From the human T2T-CHM13v2.0 reference genome, Homo sapiens, in assembly GCF_009914755.1 (NCBI RefSeq), contig NC_060938.1: 64,000 nucleotides of DNA; one strand, 5' to 3'. A program made the translations under genes and the position numbers. Under the pieces are notes generated by a model. That model did no database searches. It was given only the letters and a program-made list of their open reading frames with translations, and was not told where the DNA came from. Below are positions 29,930 through 43,111 of the stretch, piece by piece (position 1 is the first letter of the stretch; each line of letters begins with the position of its first letter).

Positions 29930-31000
29930 TTTTTATTTATCCGTCATCTAATATTACTGAAAACATGCTATGATACAGGCAGTTTTTGGCTCTAAGGATA
30001 AAATAATAAATAAAAAATGTCCTGCTATCTTGGAACCTAAATTGGAGAGAGAGAGGAAATAAAGAAATCAATATGGTGTTAGGAATATAAAGACAATATA
30101 AAGCAGGGTAATGTGGTTAGAGGGTGGTAAGATGAGGGATAGGATAATCTGGAGATTCTAATTTAGGTATAATTGAGGGAGACCTGTCTGATTATTTGCT
30201 ATTTCAGTCTGAACAAAAACAGGGAGAGATCCAGGATGATATTTGTGGAAATAACATTCTAGATAGAAGGAATAAAATAAATGCAATGGTTGTGAAAAAG
30301 TAATTTTCTTCAGACAGAAAGATCGATTTTGTTGGAAAGGCCTTATTTGGCGTGAGAGTTATAGGAAAAAAATCCAAGAGGGAACCAAGGATGAGGAAAG
30401 CACAGGAAAGGGATATTCTGTGACATCTCTTTAGGCATTGGTGAAGACACTGATTCTGAATGGGATGGAAGCCTCTAGAAGATTTTGAGCATAGCAGAGA
30501 CACGTTCTGATTTACATTTTAAAATTGTCATTCATATTGAGTAGTAGGCAATAGTGGAAGTGAGAGCCTGCTAAGAAGAAGTTCAATAGTGTAGGCAAGA
30601 GATTAGACGGATAATAATGAAAATGAGCATGTTTGGGGATGAAATTAGATCAAGACTTCTGTTTAGAGTACAGTAAGTATGAAGTTTTTGTTAGATATTT
30701 AAGTGCAGATGTCAAGTTAGCAGTTGAAAATAGAGACTAGGTCCCAGGGGAAAGATCATACTGAAAGCCACGGAACTGGATAATATTAATGGACAGTGTG
30801 TGCAGATACATAAAAGAAGTATGGAGAAAATGCAAATTCAAGAAGATGTGGAAATGTTGCAGACAGTAAGTAGGAGTGGAGAGAGAGAAAGAGAGAGAGA
30901 GAGAAAGTATCCTGATAGCCAAATAAAGGAAGTATTTTAGGAGCAAAAAAGTAATTAAAATGTGGATTTTGATTTTTATCAGAGAAAGTGAGGCTAATGA
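29930..31000 (-). mobile_element. L2 fragment(s)
   Basis: Purine-rich L2 antisense motifs GGAAGCCTCTAGAAGATTTTGAGCA and TTAGATATTTAAGTGCAGATGTCAAGTTAGCAGTTG. Confidence 0.7.
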
Positions 31001-31235
31001 TGGACTATGAAGTCTAAAGAGGGTAAGAATACAAAAAATATTATGGGAGAGATGATGGAGGAAAGAGAAATGTCAATAAACCCTAGGTCTCAGTCAGTTT
31101 GCAAAAAAATTGTTGGAGTTGCAATAAAGATAATCTAACAATATCCTAGTTTTGGAGAGTGGAATATTAGAAACTCAGACTGTGGAGTGAGTGTAGTTAT
31201 TGATAATAATGATTTGTAGTTACTAGACTCTAATA

Positions 31236-31414
31236 TGATGGCTCTCAAAGTGTAGTCACTGAACCAGCAGTATTGGCATCACCAGGGAACTTAAGAAATG
31301 CACATTCTCAGGCCCTACTCTGGACTTACTGATTCCTAAACTTCGGGGGTGGATCCAGCAACCTGTATTTTTAACTAGGTGGTTATGATTCTGGCTGTAC
31401 TTTGAAAACTGTTC
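31236..31414. mobile_element. MER5A (hAT-Charlie MITE)
   Basis: CTCTCAAAGTGTAGTC..ACCAGCAGTATTGGCATCACCAGGGAACTTAAGAAATGCACATTCTCAGGCCC. Confidence 0.8.
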
Positions 31415-31479
31415 TAATATATGATCATGGGAGCATGTAGTATAAGTGAGATGTCAGATAAGCAATTTTGTTTGATAAG

Positions 31480-31844
31480 TGAGATGGTTTGACTCGGTGT
31501 CCCTACTGAAACCTCAGCTGGGATTATAATCCCCACATGTGGAGGGAGGGACCTTGTAGAAGGTGATTGGATCATGGGGGTGGTTTCCCCGTTGCTGTTC
31601 TCGTGATAGTAAGTTCTCACGAGATTTGATGGTTTAAAAGAGTATGGCTTCCCTCCCTCTCTCTCCTGCTCCTCCATTGTTAAGACGTGTGCGCTTTTCC
31701 TTCACCTTCCACCATAATTGTAAGTTTCCTGAGACCTCCCTGTCATGCTTCCTAAGCCTGCAGAACTGTGAGTCAATTAAACAACTTTATAAATTACCCA
31801 GTTTTAGGTATGTTTTTATAGCAGTGGGAGAATGGACTAATACA
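31480..31844 (+). mobile_element. MaLR solo LTR (THE1D/MSTA-type)
   Basis: TGAGATGGTTTGACTC...GGACTAATACA with 5-bp TSD ATAAG/GTAAG. Confidence 0.88.
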
Positions 31845-32065
31845 GTAAGGTAAAAGCTAAAGGAAATAAGAGTATGCTGAAATCTTCAAGAACTATTTTA
31901 GGAGTATTAATATAAAGAGTAATAGGGGCCATAGCTTCAGGAAGGAGAGGGAATGTCTTGGAGCTTTTAGATGTCTAAAATAAGGAGGAATCTCACAAGG
32001 ATCCAGAAACTTTCAGGGAGAAGTCTGCAACAATAGCGTGCAAACAATGACAAGCAAAAGTTACC

Positions 32066-32577
32066 TGTAAGGAAAATGGATGTGTTTTGGTGAAGAATAG
32101 GCCAAGGCAGACATCCGGGTCAGCGTGACTCAGTGCGTTTGGAGTGCTGGCACACAACTCCACTTGTTATATAACCTGTTTGTGTAAGTTCATACTTGAA
32201 TCTGAGCCACCATTGCCTGTAAAAAGGTAATAACTGCCCTGCTAATGCTGTGCACAAGGCTCGCACCCAGAAAGAATGAAGCTGCCGACCCTGTAAGGGA
32301 GAGCCAGTTGCCTTGAAGGCAGGCAGCGGGAGTCAGGAACTAGCAAGAGCGCCGGGGAGTGCAGCTGTAAATGTGGGAGTGGCAGGAGCCGCAGAGCCGG
32401 TTGCTAAGAGGGGCTGCAGCTGGAGCAGGCAGCCAAGACAAAAGCTGACAGAGCGCACAATAAAAGCCATATTTCACCTGCCCACGCCCCATCGAGTGTT
32501 CTTTCAGCTATCTGCCACCTGTCCACCCACTCCCCTCGGTCCTCCGCATGGGCTGGAACCTGACACTTGGTGTGACG
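32066..32577 (+). mobile_element. LTR18B-like solo LTR (ERVL)
   Basis: TGTAAGGAAAATGGATGTGTTTTGGTGAAGAATAGGCCAAGGC start, AATAAA, and perfect 5-bp TSD TTACC (32061-32065, 32578-32582). Confidence 0.82.
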
Positions 32578-32968
32578 TTACCCTACCCGACTTTTACACC
32601 AGTGGTACTTGGGGTGTGGGAGAGAAAATAGTAAGGTCCAAAGAAAAGTGGGTTTTCTTATGAGAATTAGGTTTCAGAGCAAACAGGTGAGAGAATAGTC
32701 AAGCGTTGTTGACGACTCAGGTGATTTTGCTGATGACAGACTGGGAATTTCCTAGGGTAAAGAGAGTATGTGGGGATGAGAGGAGTGGGAAAATGCGTCA
32801 GACAAGGGATTGTATGGAACTGTAGCACAGGGATCACAGTTCAGAGGGTCTTAGAGTCATAGTGCTCTGGTAGTTGCTCTGGTAGTTCCCGATGGCATCC
32901 AGGGGCTAGGAACCAGTCTTGTTAGAGTTCAGGAAGGGATAATCAGAACTAATGAGGACCTCCTAAGT

Positions 32969-33144
32969 CAGTAGTTCTCACTCTTGGCTGTTTAGAATCA
33001 GCAGGGGGAACTTCCAAAACTCCCCAATGCCCAGGCAATGCCCATACCAATTAAATCATAATTTCTTGGGGTGGGCCCCAAACATCAGCATTTTTAAAAG
33101 CTCCCCAGGTGATTCCAATGTGCAGCCAAAGCTGAGAATCAGTT
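32969..33144. mobile_element. MER5B
   Basis: CAGTAGTTCTCA...AGCTCCCCAGGTGATTCCAATGTGCAGCCAAAGCTGAGAATCA. Confidence 0.82.
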
Positions 33145-35831
33145 TTCTATTTTGTGAAGCTAAAAAAAGCAGCAAGAAATTTTGACTCTGGGGCCTGGGA
33201 TCTGCGTCATAAGATATACTATCTCTAACACTGTCTGCATGTAGGGTAGAAGAAGTCAGGTTGCTCTGCTCCTGGGTCAAATCATCTAACGAGCTAAGGC
33301 CTATTAGAAAAGCAAACCAAATCACACAAAACAGTTCAGTGGATGTGTTTGTGTCAGGCAGTAAAAAGTGAAAAAAGTTTCTTTCCCAAGAGCTGAACAA
33401 TCACAGCTTGATGCTCTGTTCTGCAGGACAGCAGGTCACTGCTGAACCGGCAATTGATTCTATATACATTGCTCTGAGTGCACCTTAAGAACTTTTACTC
33501 TTTCAGAAGAACTTCAGGTGAAAGGTTCACAGCACAACTTTTCACGGTTAATTAGCAGTTAGCATCACTTCAAGAAATCAAATAGGAAGCAGCAGATGGA
33601 CTCACAGCTCACCTTGGGGCAGTAATAAGTGTGTCCCAGCCATTAGGCTTGGCTGTTAACAACATTATCTCAAAGTTATGTGATCTTATATTTTTGCTTA
33701 TTTTCCATTTGGTTGCTAAGTAATTTAACTCTCTTAACTAATTTCTGTAAAAAAGAAAAATAAAATGTTTATATCAGAGCTGTTTAATTTGTAACTTGTT
33801 ACCGTCATAATCTCCTGGCGTTGGTGCAATGCCATAAAACATACCTGGTTGCTTTAAGTGCCCAGACAACACTGCTATGCTCTGGTGAGTGAAGAATTCC
33901 TGCTTGCAAATTGCAAATAACACATGATATTTTACTGGCATCCCAATAAAATAAATTACAGAGGAGTAAAAGATTTGCATTTGGATTTAAAAAATTCTTT
34001 TATTTTAGAATTTATTACTCAAATGGTCCTGTTTTTGAACAAACCTGATTGTAGTATTTTAGAAAGCCTGTATTATTTTCTTTTTGTTGTGAGAGCAGTT
34101 AGTTTTGCTACATTTTAAAAATAAGTCATTACTCCTCAAACATTTATAGCACTCTGAAAAGGTTTTAAATCTCATTTAGTAGTTCCATAACTTTTAAAAT
34201 TGAGATGTAGAAGTGGGATCTGCTATAAACTCTTTCTCATTTTGTCAAATTTGTGTGTAAGTGACAATATCAGCCTACGAGAGAGAAGTGATTCTTGTCA
34301 TCTTTCTCCACATGGATATATGTGTTCTTTTTGAAAAGAAGGCATTACTTAAATTTAACTTATTATTTTCCCAGTTGGAGTAAGAGTGAATGCTGAGTGA
34401 CTTTTGTGAAATTAATTACTGTCTTGGTGAAAACTTTCCTCCATCTCAAGCAGAGAAATTACCTACCGAGCTAAGAATTACGGTAAAGACAATGCTTGTC
34501 AGACATGTTTGTGGTTGTTATCCATGAAAGCATTTCAGGGCTAGTTTCTAAAATTCACCTTGGATCAAACTTTTCCAAGTCCATCTACTCTTCATCAGGC
34601 TTTTGCACTCTCATTAGGCCATGATGACCAATCCGAATTGATTCTCAACAAAATACTGCAGTGAGTAATTTAAATTTCTGTCTTGTTCTTTCTGTGCCTT
34701 TCTCCTCCATACATCTAGAACGTGCCTATCAATATAACCTTTATCTGCTCTAACATACAGGGGACCAGATGCAATTTCACCTTCCTACATAAGAACTCCA
34801 TGTGCCCAAATCAGCCCCATCTCAAGTCTTAAAAAACAAACAAAAAAAGCAATGAAAAAAAAAACAAACCCAAAAACCTTGCCTGGGCTCTACCCTAAAC
34901 CAATTCAATCATTAACTTGAGAATACAGTTTGGAGAATATTTAGGTGATATATTTATTTAAGCTCCTTGGGTGATCCTAATGTACAGCCTGGGCTAAGTA
35001 ACACTTTCTTAAGCCAAACTATGGATCCTTAAGAGTCTAATTCTAGAGAGTTAGCAGATGGGTAAAGAAGATATTTATAGACCAGAAATCCTTACAGGTT
35101 ATAATTTATGAGACTAGAACCAATGAAATGGCATTGTCTAATCAGTCTGATGGGTGATGGCAACAAAGTTTACAATGGTATTTTCTATTTGCGTGAAATT
35201 CCTCAGTGGCCTTGACCCTTATTTTCTTTAATTTCAGGCACTGGGTTATTAGTGATTATTTATCATACCTTTAAAGTATTCTCTTCCTTATATTTGATAT
35301 CATAGTGTCTACAAATCAGAGACTAACTTCCTATATTGGCAGGGGAAGGGGGGTTAAGGGGCTGGGGGTGGTCGGGGAGGGTTATTAAATGGGGAGAATT
35401 CCAAACTTATTTGACATCATGTCACAATGAATTTCTGGTTCTAAGAAATGTACAATCTCATAATGACAGTAGAGTTATCTGTTCTTCTTGCATGCTTCGG
35501 TTAACTTAGTGAATCTACTTGCTTGGAATTGGCTGTCTCACTGTTCAGAATAATTAGGAGAGATGTTCTCAGAACTGCAAAAATGCTGGGACATTGTCTG
35601 TAGCCATGAAGACTTTGTGTTCAAAACCAGTTTCTTAAGCTCATTGCTTTTTGAATTTTGGACCAGGTATTAGAAAATAAATAAGTCAGGAATACAAGGA
35701 GTAATTTATTAGAAAATAAATTACCCAATACTACAAGGGACCATTAATTTTATTTAAAAAATAAATAAAATTGATAAATAAAAATAAATAAAATTGATGG
35801 CTCCTTGTACTCTTAAGAATTTACATTTAAT

Positions 35832-35966
35832 GGCCAGGTGTGGAGGCTCACACCTGTAAACCAGTGCTTTGGGAAGCCAAGGTAGGAAGATTGCTTGAGG
35901 CCAGGAGTTTGAGACCAGCATGGGGGATAGAATGAGACCCCTGTCTCTACAAAAAAAAAAAAAAAA
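35832..35966 (+). mobile_element. Alu monomer (FLAM-type)
   Basis: Single left arm GGCCAGGTGTGGAGGCTCACACCTGTAA...GACCCCTGTCTCTAC plus poly-A; TACATTTA occurs on both sides. Confidence 0.85.
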
Positions 35967-37129
35967 TACATTTACATATAAGACATAAATGACAAAGAAG
36001 CCTTTGGAGGAAAGTTGTATGTAATAAAGATCCCTATATTTACTTTCAATTTCAGGTTTTGAGCTCTCTTGAACTTCTACCTGATTTTAATAAAATCTAA
36101 TGTGTTGCTGTTTATTTAATTTAGTGAAATGGAGACATAGGCCACATCTAGTTGCTGTTGAAGTGCTTATCTCTTCTGCTAAGCAATGGTTTAGAAGACA
36201 TATGTTATTTAAATACCTTTTAAGGGAATTCATCCCACACCACTTTCACTGTAAACCTTGAGAGGAGTGCCATTATGAATTAAGGTCATGAATATTATTG
36301 ATTAACAGTATTAGGAGTTAAGCTTTTTGTTAAATGCTGGAAGAGATTAAAATTTGTTTCATCCAGTTGGTGACCATTTGGTGGTTCTATGACTTATTTC
36401 TTTGGAACATTATTTTTCAATTAATTGTTTCAATAAGACCATCTTGTGAATATTTCCTGGGAATGAAGGCATTGCAAATATTTCCCACGTGCTCTGGAAA
36501 TGGTTGGATTTGAAAAACAGATCAGAAGCTTTATGATTTTGGTAGAAGCTGTTTTTAGTCCTTGATATGTTATATCCATTAGGAAGATGGAATATTGATA
36601 ATCAAAGAGTATTGCAGGTTTAAGGACTTGGTGGCTTTGGCCAGCTTTTAACAAGAAGAAGAAGCTCTATGATTTATAGGTGGTTTATTCACTTGTCAGA
36701 ACTATGGGGTCCCCAGATTCATTTGGGGTCAGGTTCTTTTTAACCATAAATATTGTCTTTTGTTTGGATGGTTAACTATGTGATTCATGTAGTCAAAGCA
36801 CAATCTTATTTTTATCTTCCATGTCAATGAAAACTTATACAGAGGGGTAGGAAATCCTGGCAGGCCCAAGAAATTTCTTGTTCTTCTCTGGTAACAACAA
36901 TCTTATGGCTCAGGTCCTTTTAAGTCACAAATACAGTGTAAATTCTTTAAGTAAATATCTCAGTCCATAAAATATTCAATATTTTAATCTGCAATGAAGA
37001 TTATGACTCTTTTCCTCTCTACAGGAAGTCAGTTGTTGACAGCTTTTCTTTTCCTTAGCTAAGACCTTTAGCAGATGAGAACTTTTGTAAGAGGAAGATG
37101 ATATGCTCAGCTTCTTCGCTGTTTTTCCT

Positions 37130-37497
37130 CCCTGTAGTCTGAATATTCATGTCCCCTCAAAATTCATATGTTGAAACCTGAACCCCCAAGATGATGCTAT
37201 CAGGAGGTAGGGCCTTTGGGAGGTGATAAGGCCAGGAGGGCAAAGCTCTCATGAATGGAATTGGTGCCTTGTAAAAGATGCCTCAGAAAGACCTTCAACT
37301 CCTTCCACTCTGTGGAGACACAGTGAGAATGTGCTGTTCTATGAACCAGAAGTAGGCCCTTACAAAACACTGAATCTGCCTGTGCTTTAATCTTGGACAT
37401 TCCAGCCTCCAGCAACCTGTAAGAAATAAATTTCCTTTGTTTGTAAGCTGTCTAGTCTATAGTGTTTTGTTATAGTAGACTGAATAGACTAAGAACA
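37130..37497 (+). mobile_element. MLT1A-type solo LTR
   Basis: GTCCCCTCAAAATTCATATGTTGAAACC...GGACATTCCAGCCTCCAG..AATAAATTTC..GACTAAGAACA. Confidence 0.85.
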
Positions 37498-40094
37498 TCC
37501 CTCTTCCTGCTTCACTTCTATCACTCACTATCTTCATCAAATGAAAATGGGTGGGGACAAAAGAGGAAATGACATAAGACAGAGAAATGTCTTCCTTGGG
37601 AGATGTCTGGTACCCTCATAAGCTGACTTCATGCTTTCTGGGCCTGGTTAAGTGTTCCAGGCTGAATTTTTTCCTCCTGGTTGCTTGAGTGTGTTTGGGT
37701 GTGGCTTTGTTTTAAGATTTCTGTAATTGAGGACTTATCCAGCTCTATCTCTCAATATATCATGGTATGTGCAGTACAATCCATTACCCAATTTACTGCT
37801 CTTCTTTTAGCTTCTGTTTTTTCTCCAGTAATCAACACCATGAAGAAGCTATTGGTGTTTGCTGTCTTTTCCAGGAGGTTCACTTGGACTTAAAATAGCT
37901 CCAGCCTTGCTTTCTGTCTGTCCAGTATAGCTCAGTATCTTGGGCCTGAAGTCTCTGGATATAAAGGCCAGTGTTAACACAGCCACATTTATTCTGCTGT
38001 TGCAAGCCACTTTAAGACACTGAGGCATTCTTTGTAACTTCAAGCTTTACAGAATTGACATTCTAAGATCTGAGAGTACTACAATGGAAATGCTCATTAT
38101 AAGACTTTAGGTGGAAGAGAAAGCACCTCCCACTCCCGTCCCTTCCTCCTTGGGAGAAGGGGATTTCCAGCATGCCAGCAACTCTCCACGAATTCATTCT
38201 CTCCACACCTTGACCTAGTTTATTATCTTTGATTTGCTTGAGGAGTTCAAGAATTATTGCTGTGGCATTTTCTTACTGAATTTTACATGTGAGCATCTGT
38301 CTCACATTCGTTTCCATATTTGATATGCATCATATTTTTGCCTCAATTGAAATCAAAGCAGAAGGACTTGTATTTAATGACCTGTTAGATGTTCATTTGC
38401 CAGGAATGTCTACTCGGTATCCTCTCCAAGAGCCAGGGATAAGAATAGGCAGGTGAAAGAGAATTTGGATACAGTGGTTGGTATCATCCCATTTGATTAT
38501 GACCAACACTCAGAAAGATTAAAAATTTCTGATTAATTAGAAAACTGTGGCTTAGTTTGCCAAATGAACCTCATAAATTTTGGATTATCTCCTATAGCTA
38601 GGAAAAAGCTGCTTGAAATAACTACTATAAAAAACAAAAACCTAGTGAGAAATATTGAGCCCTCCTATAGGAATAGTTTCCTATGAATTAAGTCAGAAAA
38701 ATTACATTTGTTTTATAAGGTCTCTGGTAGCTTTATGTACCAACTGGCAATAGAGTATACTAGGCCTGTCCTAGTTCATGAGGTTGGAAAAATGCTTCCT
38801 AACTTTTCATCTTTAATTGGCCTTCTGTTCACAGACATCATACCTCATATTAAAGGGACCATGTGAGTTAAAGTATTGCTGTGCTATCTGGACATTTATA
38901 TTAGTGTAGCAGATCTTACTAGCCTTGTAGGATTTATAGTTAGAACATTTGAGACATTAAGAAAGTGATTATGTTTTATAAAATTGATTCTTTTTAGCCT
39001 CTGTAATATGGTAAAATAAAATATTGCTCTGCTCCTACAACGTGTACAAGTTTTTGTACTATAGATTGCAGCTCTGTATCTTTTATGGTTTAAAGGTGAA
39101 TACTATTAAAATTTGAACTGTAGTTTTTTGTGCTTATGCCCATGTTTACCATATTTGCATGTTGAGAAGTTACTCTGTAAAAATTTTTCTTGTTAACATT
39201 TTTCTGATTTACTTAGATTTAGTGATTTTTCTTTTTCAGAAAAATGCAATCAATACTTTGTATGGAATAGAATTGGAATCCGAGGGCTTTAGGGAATCAT
39301 AGAAAGAAATATAATACATGTAATAAATACATATAATATTACATATAATAAAGAAATATAATACATTTATAAAAAGTGACCCTTAGAAGATGGTTCAACC
39401 ACTGAATGGAAGGTTCCTGGGTCCCTAAATGACTATGCAAACCGCATAAGCATCATATACCTCCTGCAGCATGCTATTGACTAAATAGAAAGATGGAGCA
39501 ATTTATAGGGCTCACTTCATGCATTTTGTGTCTCTCAAGGATCATATGATGGCACTGATTATTGTCCGATGCCTGAAAAGAGTTGTATGTATTTTTCTAA
39601 TTTTATGGTAGTTTGTAGGAGGGCTATTCTGGTACTAATTATTTCATCATAGCCAAAAACAAAAATTTCTCAGTTCATTCAGTCTTGAAACATCAAATTC
39701 TTCTTAACTTTTTCCTTATCTTCAGGTTCCCTAAACCACAACAGCCTTTATTTATTCTTTCTCAACACTCTTTATGTTTATTCAATGATTTCTGTGATCA
39801 TTACCACCATCCTGAGATCTTCATTCCCCCAAACTTCTGTGACTATATCTTTTTAACCAGTCTTCCACATTTGATACATGACTTCAGTTAATCATTTACA
39901 TATTTTTTACTGATTACTCTATCTGTGTATTTAGTAAGAAAGTTTAGTTCTTCCTCAATTTATCCCTAAATGACCTTATGAATTTATCTCCTATTATGCC
40001 CCTTAATATACACCATAAAATACCCATATGTATATTTCCTCAACTTTGCTTATATTACCTCTGTTACATAGAATGCTTTGAGTCTCCAAAATTA

Positions 40095-40625
40095 TTTTTT
40101 TTCAGCAAATACTTATTAAGTGTCTAATGTGGACCAGACACCATTTTTGTTGATAGGAATATAGGATGGACATTTTAGGGTCCACCATATTATGAAATTT
40201 ATAATTAAGGGCAAGAGATAAAAATTGAAGAAAAATCACAAAATATTAATCATGCTTGTGTTAGCAGCTATACCAAGGAAGCACAGTGTATCTTATGTGT
40301 TTTTACTCTGCAGCTCTTTTCTAGACTTTGGGCTGCATTTTTCTGGGGAATTATATTGGAGTCCTTAAGCAGTGGTATAAATTAGATGGACAAAATGAAG
40401 GTGGGAGGGGGAGCTTTCTAAGCAGAAGGCACAGTTTTCTGTGAGAGAAAAAGCCCTAAGTAAGAGAGGAACATGGTTCTGGAGGAGCTGAAAACAGTCA
40501 GTGAGGCTAGCATACAATGACCAGTGAGTGGTGAGTCATGGGACTGGTGAATTCCTATATGGTCAGATAACTCAGGTCCTATAGGTAATAATCATACCTT
40601 ATATTTTATCCTAAGAGTAAAGAGA
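40095..40625 (-). mobile_element. L2 fragment
   Basis: TTCAGCAAATACTTATTAAGTGTCTAATGTGGACCAGACACC is an L2 3' terminus in antisense. Confidence 0.6.
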
Positions 40626-41649
40626 GGCTTGCAGGTCACTTCTACATTGTCATCTTCTTGCTAGCAGGCACGATGACTTAACTCCTCTCTCCAGTCTTCC
40701 AACAGTTACTACTGGAAGCGGCAGGTTGCAGTAAAGACAGAGGTGCCACTCAGGGGCAGGTACATTGATTTATTGGGCAGAGAAGCAGCTGTTGTTTTGG
40801 GACACTGTGGCCCAGTACTGTGGTTCAGATTCGCTAAGGCATTAATATATTCTTCATCCATACTGCTTCTTACTACTTGGAAGCTCAGCTTTGTTTACTC
40901 CATTATTCTTTAGACTATATTACATTGTATTCGTCCTCATAAAAATGTAGTTTGTGTTGGAGGTAGTTTGTGTTGCAAGCACCATGAGAATAGAGTCAGC
41001 ATTTACCTCTAGGACATTTTATTTATTTTAAGAGCTAGTTAAGAATTGTTGGAGTACAGAAACTCTCCTGGTACAACAAAACTTGAAAGGGGCCATAAAT
41101 TCTGCTCTTGTTGCTCTTGTCCTTGTTATTGACAGAATGCCAGCATCTGTGGAGATGAGCATGTAACAATGCATGAATGTGAGACTGTGTTATCCATCTT
41201 CATTCTCACCTACTCAGAGTAGGCACACAAACTTATTTCCTGTCTCACAAAGCTGTTGTTTTAAGCAAGAAGGTAACACATTAGAATTATATTTTATTAC
41301 AATTTTCTTTACTAAACTTTGGGTGAAAATTTTGCAGAGGTGCAAGGCAAGAATGGAAGCTAGAAGGTTAGTGAAGATACTTGACTATTGGCTTAAGATG
41401 TCTGTAACTTTGGATAGGAAAGTTGCTGTGAGAAGAACTATAAAAGTGGTCATTTAAATTGTTTTATTTCTTTCCATTAGTCAGTTTTGTAAAAGGTGAC
41501 TTTTTTCTATCTCCATTGATACATAACTGTCTGCTTTGTGTTTCAGTGGCGTAATTACTTATTTCATCTCTTAGGTAGAATTTCCTTATGGAAAGACTAT
41601 ATTTTATTTACTTCTTTATCTGCTAAATTATTTAGGGCAGTGACTACAT

Positions 41650-42250
41650 TAATTCATTTTTTTTTTTTACTCAAAAATAGTAGTTTATATGTTCCAGGTA
41701 CTATTCAACATGCTGTGGCGATACATGCCAAATAATCAGACAAGGTTCTGCCTGTGTAGGGTTTTTATTATCCCCATAGAGATGTATATTATTAATTTTA
41801 TATATATAATATATATTCATTATATATATTATTATATACTCTCTCTCTCTATATATATATAATTAATGCCAGTCACAAGTGTAATGAGCTCCATGTAGAA
41901 GAATGTCCATTGTACTGACAGCAAATAACAAGGCAGGCTTCCTATTGACCTGTGATATGGAAGAAATAAATTTAAATATTAAAATGGGGAGAAGACATTT
42001 CAGGGAGAAAAAAGTGCATTGATCTTGTGACAGGAGCAATTAGATGCATCTTAGCAATAGAAAGAAGGTCAATATAGGTCATGTTAAGGTTTTAGCCTTT
42101 ATCTCATTAGCATATGGCATGTGTCTAATAAGGATTTACTTAAAGAACAAATCTGAGTATTTCAGGAAGCAATGAGGACAGAAGTAGCAGACAGTGAAAA
42201 GACCAACTAGCTGAGATTTACGGAATGAGATTTGAGTGACTTAGAAATGA
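41650..42250 (-). mobile_element. L2 fragment with embedded TA-rich low-complexity tract (41785-41862)
   Basis: ATGTTCCAGGTACTATTC..AATCAGACAAGGTTCTGCC L2-like motifs. Confidence 0.5.
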
Positions 42251-42585
42251 GATGTTCATGGTGTAAGATGGTAAAAAGGTAGGCAGTGGTTTCAGTGTGG
42301 AATCTGCTGCTGCTGCTGAAATGGTAGATGAATCATCTTACTGGTGGAAAAAAAAGAAGCTAGAAAGACTGGACAGGTACATAGAAGAGATGGTTGCTCT
42401 GCTTTTTGAAAATGAAGCAGATATTTGTAATAAGAAAAGTGAAGATTGTCAAAAAGCTCTAAGCATGTTAAACATAAATGCATAATAGTGCTTCTTCAGT
42501 TGCAATGTTGAAGGATATTTGCATGAATCAAAGTCAGTGCCTGGCTTTTCTCCATAGTTATTTTCTGCCTTATGACATGAATGAA

Positions 42586-43111
42586 TGCTGGGAGTCCCCA
42601 ATACTATTTCCTGGCTTAGTGATTTTTTGGGAGGATTCACAGAACTCAGCAACAGTCGTTGTTATGGATATGATCGTTTACAGCAAAAAGATTCAAGGCT
42701 AAATCATCAAAGGGAAAAGGGGTATGAGGAAAAGTCCTAAGGAAATAAGGTATAAGCTTCTAAATAGTCTCCCTCCAGTAGAATAACAGAAAATGCATTT
42801 AATTATTCATAAATGAGTTTCGATGACACATGTAAAATATTGTCTACAAGGGCAGCTCATAGGAGAGTCAGTGCTCAAAGTTTTTATTAGGAGCTGATGA
42901 TTATGTATCCTCTCCCTAACCTCTACCAAATTTCCAAACTGCTAGTGTTCACCATAAACATTGTCTTAACAGAGTTCAGGCACAGTGAGTGAGTCATCAG
43001 TTTTAGCAAGGGGAAGAAACTTTCTTCACGTAATCCAAGTTCTCAGAGGCCAGCCATGGACCAATTTTTCAAGCAGGCCTTTGAAAGGATATGTTAAGTC
43101 TTTTATGTACA
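42586..43111. mobile_element. MER21-family LTR fragment
   Basis: GGAGTCCCCAATACTA..GATTTTTTGGGAGGATTCACAGAACTCAG..ATCATCAAAGGGAAAAGG..CCAAGTTCTCAGAGGCCAGCCATGGACCAA. Confidence 0.65.

Noticed and set aside
35756-35798. Short tandem duplications (also 7000-7030, 32863-32886, 39304-39367, 40947-40975) as an array or CRISPR-like structure
   Set aside because: Two-copy slippage duplications with no spacers or regular periodicity, in eukaryotic DNA.
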